Assembly: GCF_902652985.1 (NCBI RefSeq)
Contig: NC_047016.1
Coordinates: 7,130,001-7,194,000 of the forward strand
Direction of reading: 5' to 3'
Source: Pecten maximus
Lineage: Eukaryota
Length of the DNA: 64,000 bases
Position 1 is the first letter of the stretch; each line of letters begins with the position of its first letter. Shown here piece after piece: positions 34,557 to 48,200 of the stretch. A model generated the notes under the pieces. The model was not told the DNA's origin. It worked only from the letters and a program-made list of their open reading frames with translations, and searched no databases. Both the position numbers and the translations under genes were made by a program.

Positions 34557-37500
34557 AGAGTGCCATTCCTGCTTTCCGAGGCATACGTAGCATTCGATTC
34601 GGCATATAATATTACTACATCCGTCACTGCTGACAAAAACTATACATCGTAGGGAGATACCGGTCAGTTTGAGAACGTGATATCATCTGATCTTGTCCTA
34701 GATCTGAGTAGACGGAGTTTTTCTGGAGCACATGGTCTCATTTTCCTTCCACATATATTTTATTGGTGTCCTGTCGTAGGTTTTATCGATTTAGAATAGT
34801 ACAGTCCTATATCCGCGTCTCTTCGGTAGATCCTTTCACGTGTATTACATTAAGGGTATTTGTAATTGCAATAATATAAGAATAACAACTGATCCAATTG
34901 TCGAGATCAATCTAATCCGAAAATCAAAAGGATTACCTTTGACTCAATAACTCCAGTGTAGTCTTACATATACGGGCTTAAGGTCTTGTACTTGAATTAC
35001 ACTGTTTTATTGTAGAAATTGACTGACATAAACTATGTAATATATTATCATATTGATAACGCTGGATATGAATGATTTGATTATGGTATATTATTTATGT
35101 TTTCTATTTTTTAACAATAGCAAAGTGATAACCTAATTAATGGTATACTATAATATAGCCAATAACAGTCAGTGTCCTGTTTTTATGTTGATCCTTAGTC
35201 TTCTTTACCGTACGCTAGTCACATGTTCTCTTTGACGGGAGATTAATGTTGTGTAGTTTTATTACTTACGACACACACATTTTCTATACTATGGTTCGTA
35301 GACTTATTTTATATGCTTATGTGTATTGATACAATGTATACATGTAAAGCCATATTTGAATAAAATAGGACTAAATCGATATAAAACCCTTCTATTCGTA
35401 GTAGTGCGATATTTTCTGCGTCCGTTGTAAATATTAACATATCAATTCAAAAGAAATCCCCTTTAAGATTTCTTGTTTAACTACCTTTTTGGATATTGAT
35501 TATATCTATTTATACTTGGAATTGTGCGTTTTCGTAATTTTCACATCCTTGCATGTAGCCTTTTCCACACAGTAACAGAGCACCATACATGTATTATTGA
35601 CATATCTATGAGTGTGGATTTTATTTTGTAATTACCAGTGAATACCATACCAGATATATGTCTTCAAAATTAACACGATGGTCAATAGGAAACAAATTAT
35701 TTTAGTTACTAGCATACATGATCGGCGACCATTGTATTTTAGTGAGTTTTATTTGATACATTATGTTTTCAAAAGACGAGTGATGCATAATAATTCTAAT
35801 ATATAATTAGCTTGTTAACCTACATAGTTATTTTACCTATGATTAATTTGAAAGGTATGTTAATCTCCGTATTTATCATAATGATTAATTCAAATGACAT
35901 ATTAACTTACATAGTTACCACACCTGTGATTAATTTAAGTGACATATTCACATACATAGTTACCACACCTGTGATTAATTTAAGTGACATATTAACCTAT
36001 ATAGTTACCACACCTGTGATTAATTTAAGTGACATATTAACCTACATAGTTACCACACCTGTGATTAATTTAAGTGACATATTAACATACATAGTTATCA
36101 CACCTGTGATTAATATAAGTGACATATTGATATACATAGTTACCACACCTGTGTTTAGTGACATAAACATGCATAGTTACCAAACCTGTGATTAATTTAA
36201 GTGACATGATAACATACATAGTTACCACACCTGTGATTAATTTAAGTGACATATTAACCTACATAGGTACCACACCTGTGATTAATATAAGTGACATATT
36301 AACATACATAGTTACCACACCTGTGTTTAGTGACATAAACATGCATAGTTACCAAACCTGTGGTTAATTTAAGTGACATATTAACCTACATAGTTACCAC
36401 ACCTGTGATTAAGTGACATATTAACATACATAGTTATCACACCTGTGATTAATTTTAGCGATATATCGTCCCTCTGTATCAACACAGGTATTCAAGATTC
36501 ATTGGCATACTGTGTGACTAATAGAATCCCCTCCTACAATGATGACGACGCAGACAAATCCCCAACCCGATGGATGATATTTTTATTAGTGATAATCTGA
36601 CCTGAGGCTTCTCTGTCACATTCTTATGGTAGATGATTATTTTCCTCTCATCATGATACTAGGTGTTGAAATATTGTTGAAGTATGGGAGACAAGTCTGT
36701 GAATGATGAGGAAAGTATTATATATCTATGTCATAAATTGAATATGGGGTCTTATAGTTAGGTACATGCCGCAGTAACCTAGGTCTTTCTAATCAATACA
36801 GAGTCATATTGGCGTTTGTGGTGACAGTAGTGTCGGCATGTGGAGGAATTGTCTTCGGAATTAACAGACGATAACGTGTGTGCCGAGGAAGGGCGATGTC
36901 AGTCTATCAACAACAACGCAATGAAGTGGAGGCTAACAACGCCTTCCTATTGACACACACAGCGAACCTTTCATTCGTTGAAGTTGTATCTATACTAATG
37001 ATAAAGTATTTAATCGGCACGTCTAAGTTTCCTCATGAAACATTCAACATGACCTTTTATTTGGAGTTGTTGATGAAGCGTTATCTATCCACGGGATTGA
37101 TCAAATCAGATACTATCATGTACATGTCAATTATGTTTTGTTATTATTCCCCCCCCCCCTTTTTATGCTAATTTACCTATTTAAATAACTTATAAATTCG
37201 GTAAATATAATAGCATTACTGTGAAACATTATGATGTAAAGTATTCTTTAAAGTATAACTTTATACACTCTTGTTAGTAAAGCATAAGCGCTTTCATCTT
37301 AAAATCTTCAGATGCTTTACATCTTAGTAAGCATCTCTGTAACCATATGCGGTTGCCTACACACTAAAACATTATGACTGTTGATTGTTTATTATGACGT
37401 CATGGAAATGGGAGATCATTCTTAATAGTTTGTTCCATTTTTGGCTTGAGACTATTTATAAAATGTTATTCTTTCCTTTCCTTTCGATTGGGTTTTCCGA

Positions 37501-38460
37501 AAAAAGTTTATGAAATGGAAATATCTTAATTTTTTTCCATGCACAAGTATCCAAATGTTCACTAAATTAATTTTCCTGTATTCGGATACATTTATGTGTT
37601 ATGTACCCGAACCCGAGCTCTTAAAGTGTCACCAGTGTCCCGATGAGATATGCTAATGCTGATGCAAATAGCATAACCTCACTTTTTCTAATCACATGAC
37701 ATATCAGCGTTGATGGTAAATTCATTTTCATTATCCCTTCTTGTAGGTGTACGCATGTGCCGCAACGTGGATCCTTACACTTATTACAATTATTGATGAC
37801 GTCTTAGTGGATGGCAAACAAAGATATGTATTTATGGATATATTACAAGGTTAAACGGCAATTACGTTTTGTTTTTGTTGTTGTTCGTCTTCTTCATTCA
37901 GCCGACATTTACTGATATTTGAGGAACAGTCCAGGCGTATGAATTGTGCTAAATCATTCTAAAGTGTTTCAATTGTAGCTCTCTGTCTGGGTATAACAAG
38001 GAGTCACACCATGGACATGCCACATGGAGCCCAAAGGCAATGGTTACCTCCTAAAAATCAAGCAAGAACAGTGATACAGCTTCTGATGTATTTTCTTTTT
38101 GATAAAATAGTAAGCCTGTAATTAAGATACCATGCAAGGACGGAAACAAATATAGATAGCTTGATAGTGTCAAAATGCTTATTGACTATGCGTTGTCCAA
38201 CAAAAGTAATATTGATCAAAAGTTTTGATCAAGCAGTATACATACACTGTCTACAGGGCTATTCAACAGTCCTGAGTCCCTACAATTTTTGTCTTGTTTC
38301 ATTTGCTAACAAATGTTCTCTTGTGGAAATACTCCAGAAATGCACTAAAATTTACAATATACATATACCACTGTCTTACCAGTGTAGAATGTCGGCTCGG
38401 TGTTAACGTCACGGAGAACGCGATAGGAGAGTTAGGTTCAAAGCGAATACGAAGAATAGT
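34557..38460 (+). pseudogene. Possible decayed single-pass receptor gene (TNF-receptor/death-domain-like)
   Basis: Acceptor-bounded pieces: 34557 (ECHSCF, frameshift, AYVAFDSAYNITTSV); 36488; 36802 (hydrophobic VILAFVVTVVSACGGIVFGI followed by NRR*R); 37747; and about 38357 (IYHCLTSVECRLGVNVTENAIGEL). Several stops. Family assignment is weak pattern recognition only. Confidence 0.25.
35812..36462. repeat. 45-bp minisatellite
   Basis: Unit ATATTAACCTACATAGTTACCACACCTGTGATTAATTTAAGTGAC, about 14 copies, some with short deletions. Confidence 0.93.
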
Positions 38461-39139
38461 GATAGAAGTTTTTTTTGTAATATTCTGTCTGATTCTTCCA
38501 AACATATAACATATTTAGTGTACCTCTGATGATCAAACCCATTACTTACATATCTCCTGGGACTTTTTCCTCTCAATAACCTTCTTATTGACCAAGCTGG
38601 AGGCGAATATCAGATTTGATTACATTTGGGTTTTATAAAATGTCGCCATTTGCTTAATATTAATATTTATTCAAGTTCAATCTGATCTTCAGACGTATTT
38701 TACATATGTTAAAACATATTCATCTTATAACTACTAAACATAATCTTAAATAAGAGGATATGTTGTAACATTTAATCTAAGTCTAATTTCATTTTTTTTA
38801 TAGAACCAACAGTCGTGATAAATGATATGTCACTTAACACCACGTGTGTTTGTATCAAACAAACATTATCGTGAATTTATAAATAAAAATAACAGTACAT
38901 AATATATATACAAGTTATGATATAATAACAATAAATAATGTGTATAACTTTTATAGCATCACGGGTAAATTAACACTCATATGTATTCTCTGTGCGTCTG
39001 GTTTTTAAACCGTATTGTCTTGTCATGGTGTGATCATGAACAATAACATTTCAGATTGGTATCGCTATAGGATCAATCCGTGAACACCCATACATATACA
39101 CCACGTGTACCCGACCTGCGATATCTACCATGGTCTTTT

Positions 39140-39279
39140 TATAGCCGTAGCTAAGGAATACCCTCTATTGTTTAAACTAGCCTCTGACAATTAAGCCTGA
39201 TTGGACCTGTTGCATATAAAATTAAGCTGTAGATCGACGCCATACTTGTTTTGGTGTTAGATATTGTAAAACACCAAAC
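39140..39279 (+). promoter_or_regulatory. Putative CFAP157 promoter/5' UTR with an X-box-like motif
   Basis: GTAGCTAAGGAATAC (about 39147-39161) resembles the RFX X-box typical of ciliary genes; reverse CCAAT (GATTGG) at about 39199; TATAAA at about 39215. Confidence 0.3.
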
Positions 39280-42200
39280 ATGCCACCGAAAAAGAAAAAG
39301 AGTGGAAAGAAAGGAAAGAAGAGTGGGAAGTCCGGGCGTGGTTCACCCTCTAAGTTATCTGGAGATAGCGTCAACGAAATGTCAAAAGATTTCATATTCC
39401 TGCAGATTAGGGATTTAGAGCACCAGCTAATGAAGTAAGTAAATAAGGATTGAGAGCACCAGCTAATGAAGTGAGTAAATTAAGGATTTAGAGTACCAGC
39501 TAATGAAGTGAGTAAATTAAGGATTTAGAGTACCCGCTAATGAAGTCAGTAGATTAAGTATTTTGAGTACCAGCTAATGAAGTCAGTAGATTAAGGATTT
39601 AGAATACCAGCTAATGAAGTCAGTAAATTAGGGATTTAGAGCACTAGCTAATGAAGTGAGTAGATTAAGGATGTAGAGCAGTAGCTAATGAAGTGAGTAA
39701 ATTAAGGATGTAGAGCACCAGATAATGAAGTGCGTAAATTAGGGATTGAGAGCACCAGCTAATGAAGTGAGTGAATCAAGGATTATGGGCACCAGCTAAT
39801 AAAGTGAATAGACCTGTTAAGATATTCTGGTAGTAAAGTTTAATATGCCCACATCCACTATTGGTTTATATCTGACAGCATTTGATTAACATTCTATGTC
39901 CCTCCTTCGGTCGTATCTGTCAATAATACATGTTAAAGACTGTGATTTCACGAGGTAGCATCTCTGTTAAGTACCCGTAAACTCTCGATTATATACCACG
40001 ATGTATGGCTTACACGCTAGAGCGTGTTTGGAAGGATCAAACGGGGATGTTTTGAGTGAGGATGAACAAAAAAGTATTGTCAACACACAAAATAATAATC
40101 TTATGGCATGTGTACAGTTGTAACAGGTAGTGATCTATATTGTAATATGATGATAATAATTACGATTTAATATAGAAATAATGTGATTGTTTTAATGTAC
40201 TGAAGTATAATTTAATAGACATTTAACTTGTTACCTCCTTGAAAGCAGCATATAGGTATTTGTATTATATCCGATAGTATTAGTAGTCAAAACGAGACAC
40301 CATTAAAGTATGACAAAGATCCTAGTAAGATAAATACCAAAATTAAGTCAATCTGAGCAGCCTATAAAAAACCGGCCCGAATACAGTTGTAACAACTCCA
40401 ATTTGTATAATGTTTGTAGATATAAAGCTAAAGCAGAGGAACTGGAGGAAAATCAGATCATCCTACAGGAAAAACATGATGAAATGGCCCGAGAAAACGC
40501 TGATATTGAAAAGTTCTTTCAGGGCCAAGATAATGAAAAGGGTATGAATGTTTGTATAAATTGTATACATGCACATTCCAAAGTGAAATTATAGGCATTG
40601 CCTTTGGCACGTGCACATGTTATCGTAATTAGAGTTTTTAAAAAAAATATTCAATTATATTCATTCATTATTACAGTTTAAATCAGTTGGAAACAGCTTT
40701 ATCTTCCTGTAAAATAAATACGGAAACATGGCTGTAGTTCTTCGTATTAAATATTCAGACTAAATGTATCATTAACAGAACAAGAAAAAGCTCTGATTAT
40801 GGAGGAGATAAACGGGGTACAGACTACACGAGAGGAGGAGAAAGAATGGGCTAACGGCCAGATCAACCAGATCCGTCAAGACTTTCAGGACACCAAAGAG
40901 ACGCTCACCTCAGAGAACAGTCTACTCAGTAAGTTTCGTATTCTTGACATACTATCATACAGTAAAATATTACAAAGTACCACCCGCATAGTATTGGATA
41001 AAATTGACTGAAATCTTCCTTATTTTGAAGTTATATACAGAGCGCTTTCTGGTAGAAATATTCAGGTATATCCATAACAAGAACTGTCCTAAAAAAGATA
41101 AACGGCATAGTTTTAATGCTGGTGGTTATAATTAAAATCTGCTGGTGGAAAAAATAACAATCTAATGCGTTTCAGCACGGATAACAAAATTATATCGGTT
41201 TGAATCATGTTTGGTGATAATAAGACTGCATTTGGATCAGGAATATAGTTTTATTAATGTGTCATTTGAAAAGATACACTCACTTATTCAGCTTGTATTC
41301 AATCTTAACTTTGTTTCGTTTTAACTGCATATCTGCATTTTGCATTTACCGCTACATTGACCAATCACATACTTCATCTTGACCAGTAACGCCACCTGTC
41401 GCGTCATATCCTGGGCAAAAAGAAAATTATACGGCTATGCCGAAAAAGCAACCAAGGGTCAATCAAAGACTCATTTCATTTGGTTGAATTAGTGATTCCA
41501 TATTATCATCATCAATGCGCACCATGGATATTAAAAATATTGTTATTTTTTGTTTATTTATCGGTTTTCATTTAATAATTTCTCTTTTAAATAAGCACCA
41601 ACGAATCCAGATAAACGTTGTAACAAACACAACAATGAAAAGCTTTGTACTTCCCAAATAAAGAGTAATAAACACCGACAACAACGCATACATGTATATA
41701 TACCAAGTGTTATAGAACACTGGCGGTTTGATATACTATATGCAAGTACATTTATAAACCAGGTCAACAGCTGAATGAATTGGAGGATTTCAAATTGAAG
41801 AAAGAGGAGCGCATCGCTATGGTAGCGGCTATGGAGGAACACATGAAACAAAGCGACGAGGACCAGAAATACATCATTGAGAACATACGACTGAAGGCCA
41901 TTGTAGATAAAGACAGGTCAGCCCGCGATTAACATCCTAAGTAAACACAGTAGTTACAGAATAGTTGAAAACACTCCAGTGAATAGGATATTTCTATTAA
42001 GGCAGTAGAATGATTTAAATGTTGGTCTTTAATGATAGGAGCACTGAGTGGAGAAGAAGAGGCCATGTCTTTTCGCTAAAATAAATTCGAAACTAACTAA
42101 TTAAATACAGAAACCATACTTCATTTCAGCATAACATATAGTTTCCTTTCATTTTAAACTTATCTTTTTGCAAATACGAAAGATCTACCATCGGGCAACG

Positions 42201-45200
42201 TCTATATTTGCCTTTTCCATATTAGTGTTCGTTATAATACAGTCATTAAGATTATCAAATAACCACATACACAAATAAAATCTTTTAATGTCAGTAACGT
42301 ATAATTTTGACTTCATAACAGGAAAGATAAAAAAAAGTCAACTTATTTTTGGAAAAAATGAGAATAGATCTACGATAAGTGACTCCTTTTTTATTTATTT
42401 GTATTTCTGATACTTGTTTATGACTTTTAACACACAGACTGAAAAAAGAAATGGTAGACCAAGTGAATCAAAGAGCTGCAGACTTTAGAAAGGTTTCTAA
42501 TAAACAAATGGCAGATACGACCAAACGAGCAATCCGGGAGAATGTGTCAATACGAGGGGAGATAATCCAGACCACAGATAAAACTGAGGAGTTTAAAGCG
42601 GAAAACGACGAGGTTCGCGCGCGCGTAGCAGAACAGGAGGAACGTATAAAGATGTTAGAGGAAAGAGAAAAGGAACTAACGAAAAATAATAGTAGCAGTG
42701 TAAAGGTAGGAAGATTTTTACTAGATCAGCTTCACCAGTACTTATTAAAAAAGAGGACAATAGTAACAGCAATATATACTTATCAAATTCAAAAATTACT
42801 ATTCGTGTGTGCTTGATAACCTATCTCTTTGAAAGGATCAACTTAAAATCCATCATAACTTGAATCCCGTAACCCTAAAATGAATTGCACCGTATACATC
42901 ACGTGTTAATAGTACAATAAATATACAGAACATTAATCCGGTAACTTACCGTAAAGATCATACCAAATTGGAGACTAAAGCTGATATCTTAAATTCCAAA
43001 ACATAAATGACTGCTAGTATAAGGTTTTCCTTGTAAAGCACCACAGCTAATCAGATATCATGCTTTTTACCTGTAACACATTGTAATATCATATTTATAC
43101 GCCAGATAATAAAGATGCTGAAAGGAAGGAGCCAAAACATGAAGGAATTACTGGAGGAAATGGAGATGAGGGATCACGCCTTTCAAGACCTGGACGGAGA
43201 CCGTGCTATCTTAGTACCCCAAGTAGAGGCTCAGAGGTACGTACCTTGTTTAAATCTGCCACGGATATTGCGTGAACTACCGAATTAGTAAGTTGTATAG
43301 GTGCAATGGCTTAAAGATGTGGCCATTCGGAATAAGTATTGATGTAGCACATTTTCTTCTCCCTTTGGTACTTTGCACTATAATTTATAATTTCTGTGTT
43401 CCGTTCATATGTTTTATAAGTTCAATATATAAAATAGCTCTATTAGTCAATATAATATATATATATATATATATATAAAACTGATTAAATAAGTTATAAG
43501 CGTTGAAAAGCAGTAGAATGCTTATTAAAAGTTAATTATATTACTATTGTCCTGATGTCTTTAAGGTTACACAAAGAACAACTCATCCGTGACAACAAAC
43601 GTCTACGGGAGGAAATTCGAGATGTGAAAGGAAAGTTGAGAAAGGAAAACCGCGATATGATGAAATTAGGCGAGGTTCTCAGCAGCGCTTCCACCACCAT
43701 CAGAGAGGTGTTGACGGTAGGTTCAATATCATATTTCCAACAGGGAGTTTTCAGTTGTAGGGCGCATTGATAGTTGTATAAGATAGATTTTAGATGTAGA
43801 ATGTATGGGTAGTTCAACAATGGAGAATTAAGTTGTAGGGTACATTTGTATTCTGTAAGGGAGGTTTTAGTTGTAGGTTTCATTGATAGTCTCATCAGAG
43901 GTTTCAGTTGTAGGGTACATTGATAGTTATATCGGAGGGGTTTATGATGTAAGTTACATTGATAGTTTTGTCAGAGAGGTTAAAGATGTAGCTTACATTG
44001 ATAGTTCTATCAGAGAGGTTAAAGATGTAGGTTACATTGATAATTCTATCAGAGAGGTTAAAGATGTAGGTTACATTGATAATTCTATCAGAGAGGTTAA
44101 AGATGTAGCTTACATTGATAATTCTATCAGAGAGGTTAAAGATGTAGGTTACATTGATAGTTCTATCAGAGAGGTTAAAGATGTAGGTAACATTGATAAT
44201 TCTATCAGAGAGGTTAAAGATGTAGGTAACATTGATAATTCTATCAGAGAGGTTAAAGATGTAGGTTACATTGATAATTCTATCAGAGAGGTTAAAGATG
44301 TAGGTTACATTGATAGTTCTATCAGAGAGGTTAAAGATGTAGTGTATAGAGAGGTTTAAGTTGTAGGGTATATTGATAGTTATATATAAGAGATGTTTAA
44401 GTTGTAGGGTATAGAGAGGTTTAAGTTGTAGAGTACATTGATAATTATATCAGAGAGGTTAAGATGTAGGTTACATTGATAATTCTATCAGAGAGGTTAA
44501 AGATGTAGGTTACATTGATAGTTCTATCAGAGCGGTGAAAGATGTAGGTAACATTGATAATTCTATCAGAGAGGTTAAAGATGTAGGTTACATTGATAGT
44601 TCTATCAGAGAGGTTAAATATGTAGGTTACATTGATAATTCTATCAGAGAGGTTAAAGATGTAGCTTACATTGATAATTCTATCAGAGAGGTTAAAGATG
44701 TAGGTTACATTGATAATTCTATCAGAGAGGTTAAAGATGTAGGTAACATTGATAGTTCTATCAGAGAGGTTAAAGATGTAGGTTACATTGATAGTTCTAT
44801 CAGAGCGGTTAAATATGTAGCTTACATTGATAATTCTATCAGAGAGGTTAAAGATGTAGGTTACATTGATAGTTCTATCAGAGAGGTTAAAGATGTAGGT
44901 AACATTGATAATTCTATCAGAGAGGTTAAAGATGTAAGTTACATTGATAGTTTTGTCAGAGAGGTTAAAGATGTAGCTTACATTGATAATTCTATCAGAG
45001 AGGTTAAAGATGTAGGTTACATTGATAGTTCTGTCAGAGCGGTTAAAGATGTAGGTTACATTGATAGTTCTATCAGAGAGGTTAAAGATGTAGGTAACAT
45101 TGATAGTTCTATCAGAGAGGTTAAAGATGTAGGTTACATTGATAGTTCTATCAGAGAGGTTAAAGATGTAGGTTACATTGATAGTTCTATCAGAGAGGTT

Positions 45201-48200
45201 AAAGATGTAGGTAACATTGATAGTTCTATCAGAGAGGTTAAAGATGTAGGTTACATTGATAGTTCTATCAGAGAGGTTAAAGATGTAGGTTACATTGATA
45301 GTTCTATCAGAGAGGTTAAAGATGTAGTGTATAGAGAGGTTTAAGTTGTAGGGTATATTGATAGTTATATATAAGAGATGTTTAAGTTGTAGGGTATAGA
45401 GAGGTTTAAGTTGTAGAGTACATTGATAATTATATCAGAGAGGTTAAGATGTAGGTTACATTGATAGTTCTGTTAGAGGGGTTAAGATGTAGGTTACATT
45501 GATAATTCTATCAGAGAGGTTAAAGATGTAGCTTACATTGATAGTTCTATCAGAGAGGTTAAAGATGTAGGTAACATTGATAGTTCTATCAGAGAGGTTT
45601 ACGTTGTAGGGTATATTGATAGTTATATCAGAGCGGTGAAAGATGTAGGTAACATTGATAGTTCTATCAGAGAGGTTAAAGATGTAGCTTACATTGATAA
45701 TTCTATCAGAGAGGTAAAAGATGTAGGTAACATTGATAGTTCTATCAGAGAGGTTAAAGATGTAGCTTACATTGATAATTCTATCAGAGAGGTTAAAGAT
45801 GTAGGTTACATTGATAATTCTATCAGAGCGGTTAAAGATGTAGGTAACATTGATAATTCTATCAGAGAGGTTAAAGATGTAGGTTACATTGATAATTCTA
45901 TCAGAGAGGTTAAAGATGTAGCTTACATTGATAATTCTATCAGAGCGGTTAAAGATGTAGGTAACATTGATAATTCTATCAGAGAGGTTAAAGATGTAGG
46001 TTACATTGATAGTTCTATCAGAGAGGTTAAATATGTAGGTTACATTGATAATTCTATCAGAGAGGTTAAAGATGTAGCTTACATTGATAATTCTATCAGA
46101 GAGGTTAAAGATGTAGGTTACATTGATAGTTCTATCAGAGAGGTTAAAGATGTAGGTTACATTGATAGTTCTATCAGAGAGGTTAAATATGTAGCTTACA
46201 TTGATAATTCTATCAGAGAGGTTTACGTTGTAGGTTACATTGATAATTCTATCAGAGAGGTTAAAGATGTAGGTTACATTGATAGTTCTATCAGAGAGGT
46301 TAAAGATGTAGGTTACATTGATAGTTCTATCAGAGAGGTTAAATATGTAGCTTACATTGATAATTCTATCAGAGAGGTTTACGTTGTAGGTTACATTGAT
46401 AATTCTATCAGAGAGGTTAAAGATGTAGGTAACATTGATAGTTCTATCAGAGAGGTTAAAGATGTAGGTTACATTGATAGTTCTATCAGAGCGGTTAAAT
46501 ATGTAGCTTACATTGATAATTCTATCAGAGAGGTTAAATATGTAGCTTACATTGATAGTTCTATCAGAGAGGTTAAAGAGGTAGCTTACATTGATAATTC
46601 TATCAGAGAGGTTAAATATGTAGGTTACATTGATAGTTCTATCAGAGAGGTTAAAGATGTAGGTAACATTGATAGTTCTATCAGAGAGGTTAAATATGTA
46701 GCTTACATTGATAGTTCTATCAGAGAGGTTAAAGAGGTAGCTTACATTGATAATTCTATCAGAGAGGTTAAATATGTAGGTTACATTGATAGTTCTATCA
46801 GAGAGGTTAAAGATGTAGGTAACATTGATAGTTCTATCAGAGAGGTTAAAGATGTAGCTTACATTGATAGTTCTATCAGAGCGGTGAAAGATGTAGCTTA
46901 CATTGATAGTTCTATCAGAGCGGTTTACGTTGTAGGTTACATTGATAGTTCTATCAGAGAGGTTAAAGATGTAGCTTACATTGATAATTCTATCAGAGAG
47001 GTTAAATATGTAGCTTACATTGATAATTCTATCAGAGAGGTTAAAGATGTAGGTAACATTGATAGTTCTATCAGAGAGGTTAAAGATGTAGCTTACATTG
47101 ATAATTCTATCGGAGAGGTTAAATATATAGCTTACATTGATAATTCTATCAGAGAGGTTAAAGATGTAGGTTACATTGATAGTTCTATCAGAGAGGTTAA
47201 AGATGTAGCTTACATTGATAATTCTATCGGAGAGGTTAAATATGTAGCTTACATTGATAATTCTATCAGAGAGGTTAAAGATGTAGGTTACATTGATAGT
47301 TCTATCAGAGAGGTTAAAGATGTAGGTTACATTGATAATTCTATCAGAGAGGTTAAAGATGTAGGTTACATTGATAGTTCTATCAGAGAGGTTAAAGATG
47401 TAGCTTACATTGATAATGCTATCAGAGAGGTTAAAGATGTAGGTTACATTGATAATTCTATCAAAGAGGTTAAAGATGTAGGTGACATTGATAGTTCTAT
47501 CAGAGAGGTTAAAGATGTAGGTTACATTGATAATTCTATCAGAGAGGTTAAAGATGTAGCTTACGTTGATAATTCTATCAGAGCGGTTAAAGATGTAGGT
47601 TACATTGATAGTTCTATCAGAGAGGTTAAAGATGTAGCTTACATTGATAATTCTATCAGAGAGGTTAAAGATGTAGGTTACATTGATAGTTCTATCAGAG
47701 CGGTTTACGTTGTAGGGTATATTGATAGTTATATCAGAGAGGTTAAATATGTAGCTTACATTGATAGTTCTATCAGAGAGGTTAAAGATGTAGCTTACAT
47801 TGATAGTTCTATCAGAGAGGTTAAAGATGTAGCTTACATTGATAATTCTATCAGAGAGGTTAAAGATGTAGGTTACATTGATAATTCTATCAAAGAGGTT
47901 AAGATGTAGGTTACATTGATAGTTCTATCAGAGAGGTTAAAGATGTAGCTTATCATTGAATAATTCTATCAGAGAGGTTAAAGATGTAGCTACATTGATA
48001 TTCTATCAGAAGAGGTAAAAAAATTAATAGATGTAGCTTTACATTTGATAATTCTATCAGAGAGGTTAAAGATGTAGGTCACATTGATAGTTCTATCAGA
48101 GAGGTTAAAGATGTAGGTTACATTGATAGTTCTGGCAGAGAGGTTAAAAATGTAGCTTACATTGATAGTTCTATCTGAGAGGTTTTAGCTGTAGAGTACA

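Noticed and set aside
43883-47909. ORFs up to 757 aa of IDSSIREVKDVGY repeats
   Set aside because: 39-bp intronic minisatellite. Read-through from exon 7 stops at 43768-43770, and scattered 1-bp indels break the frame.
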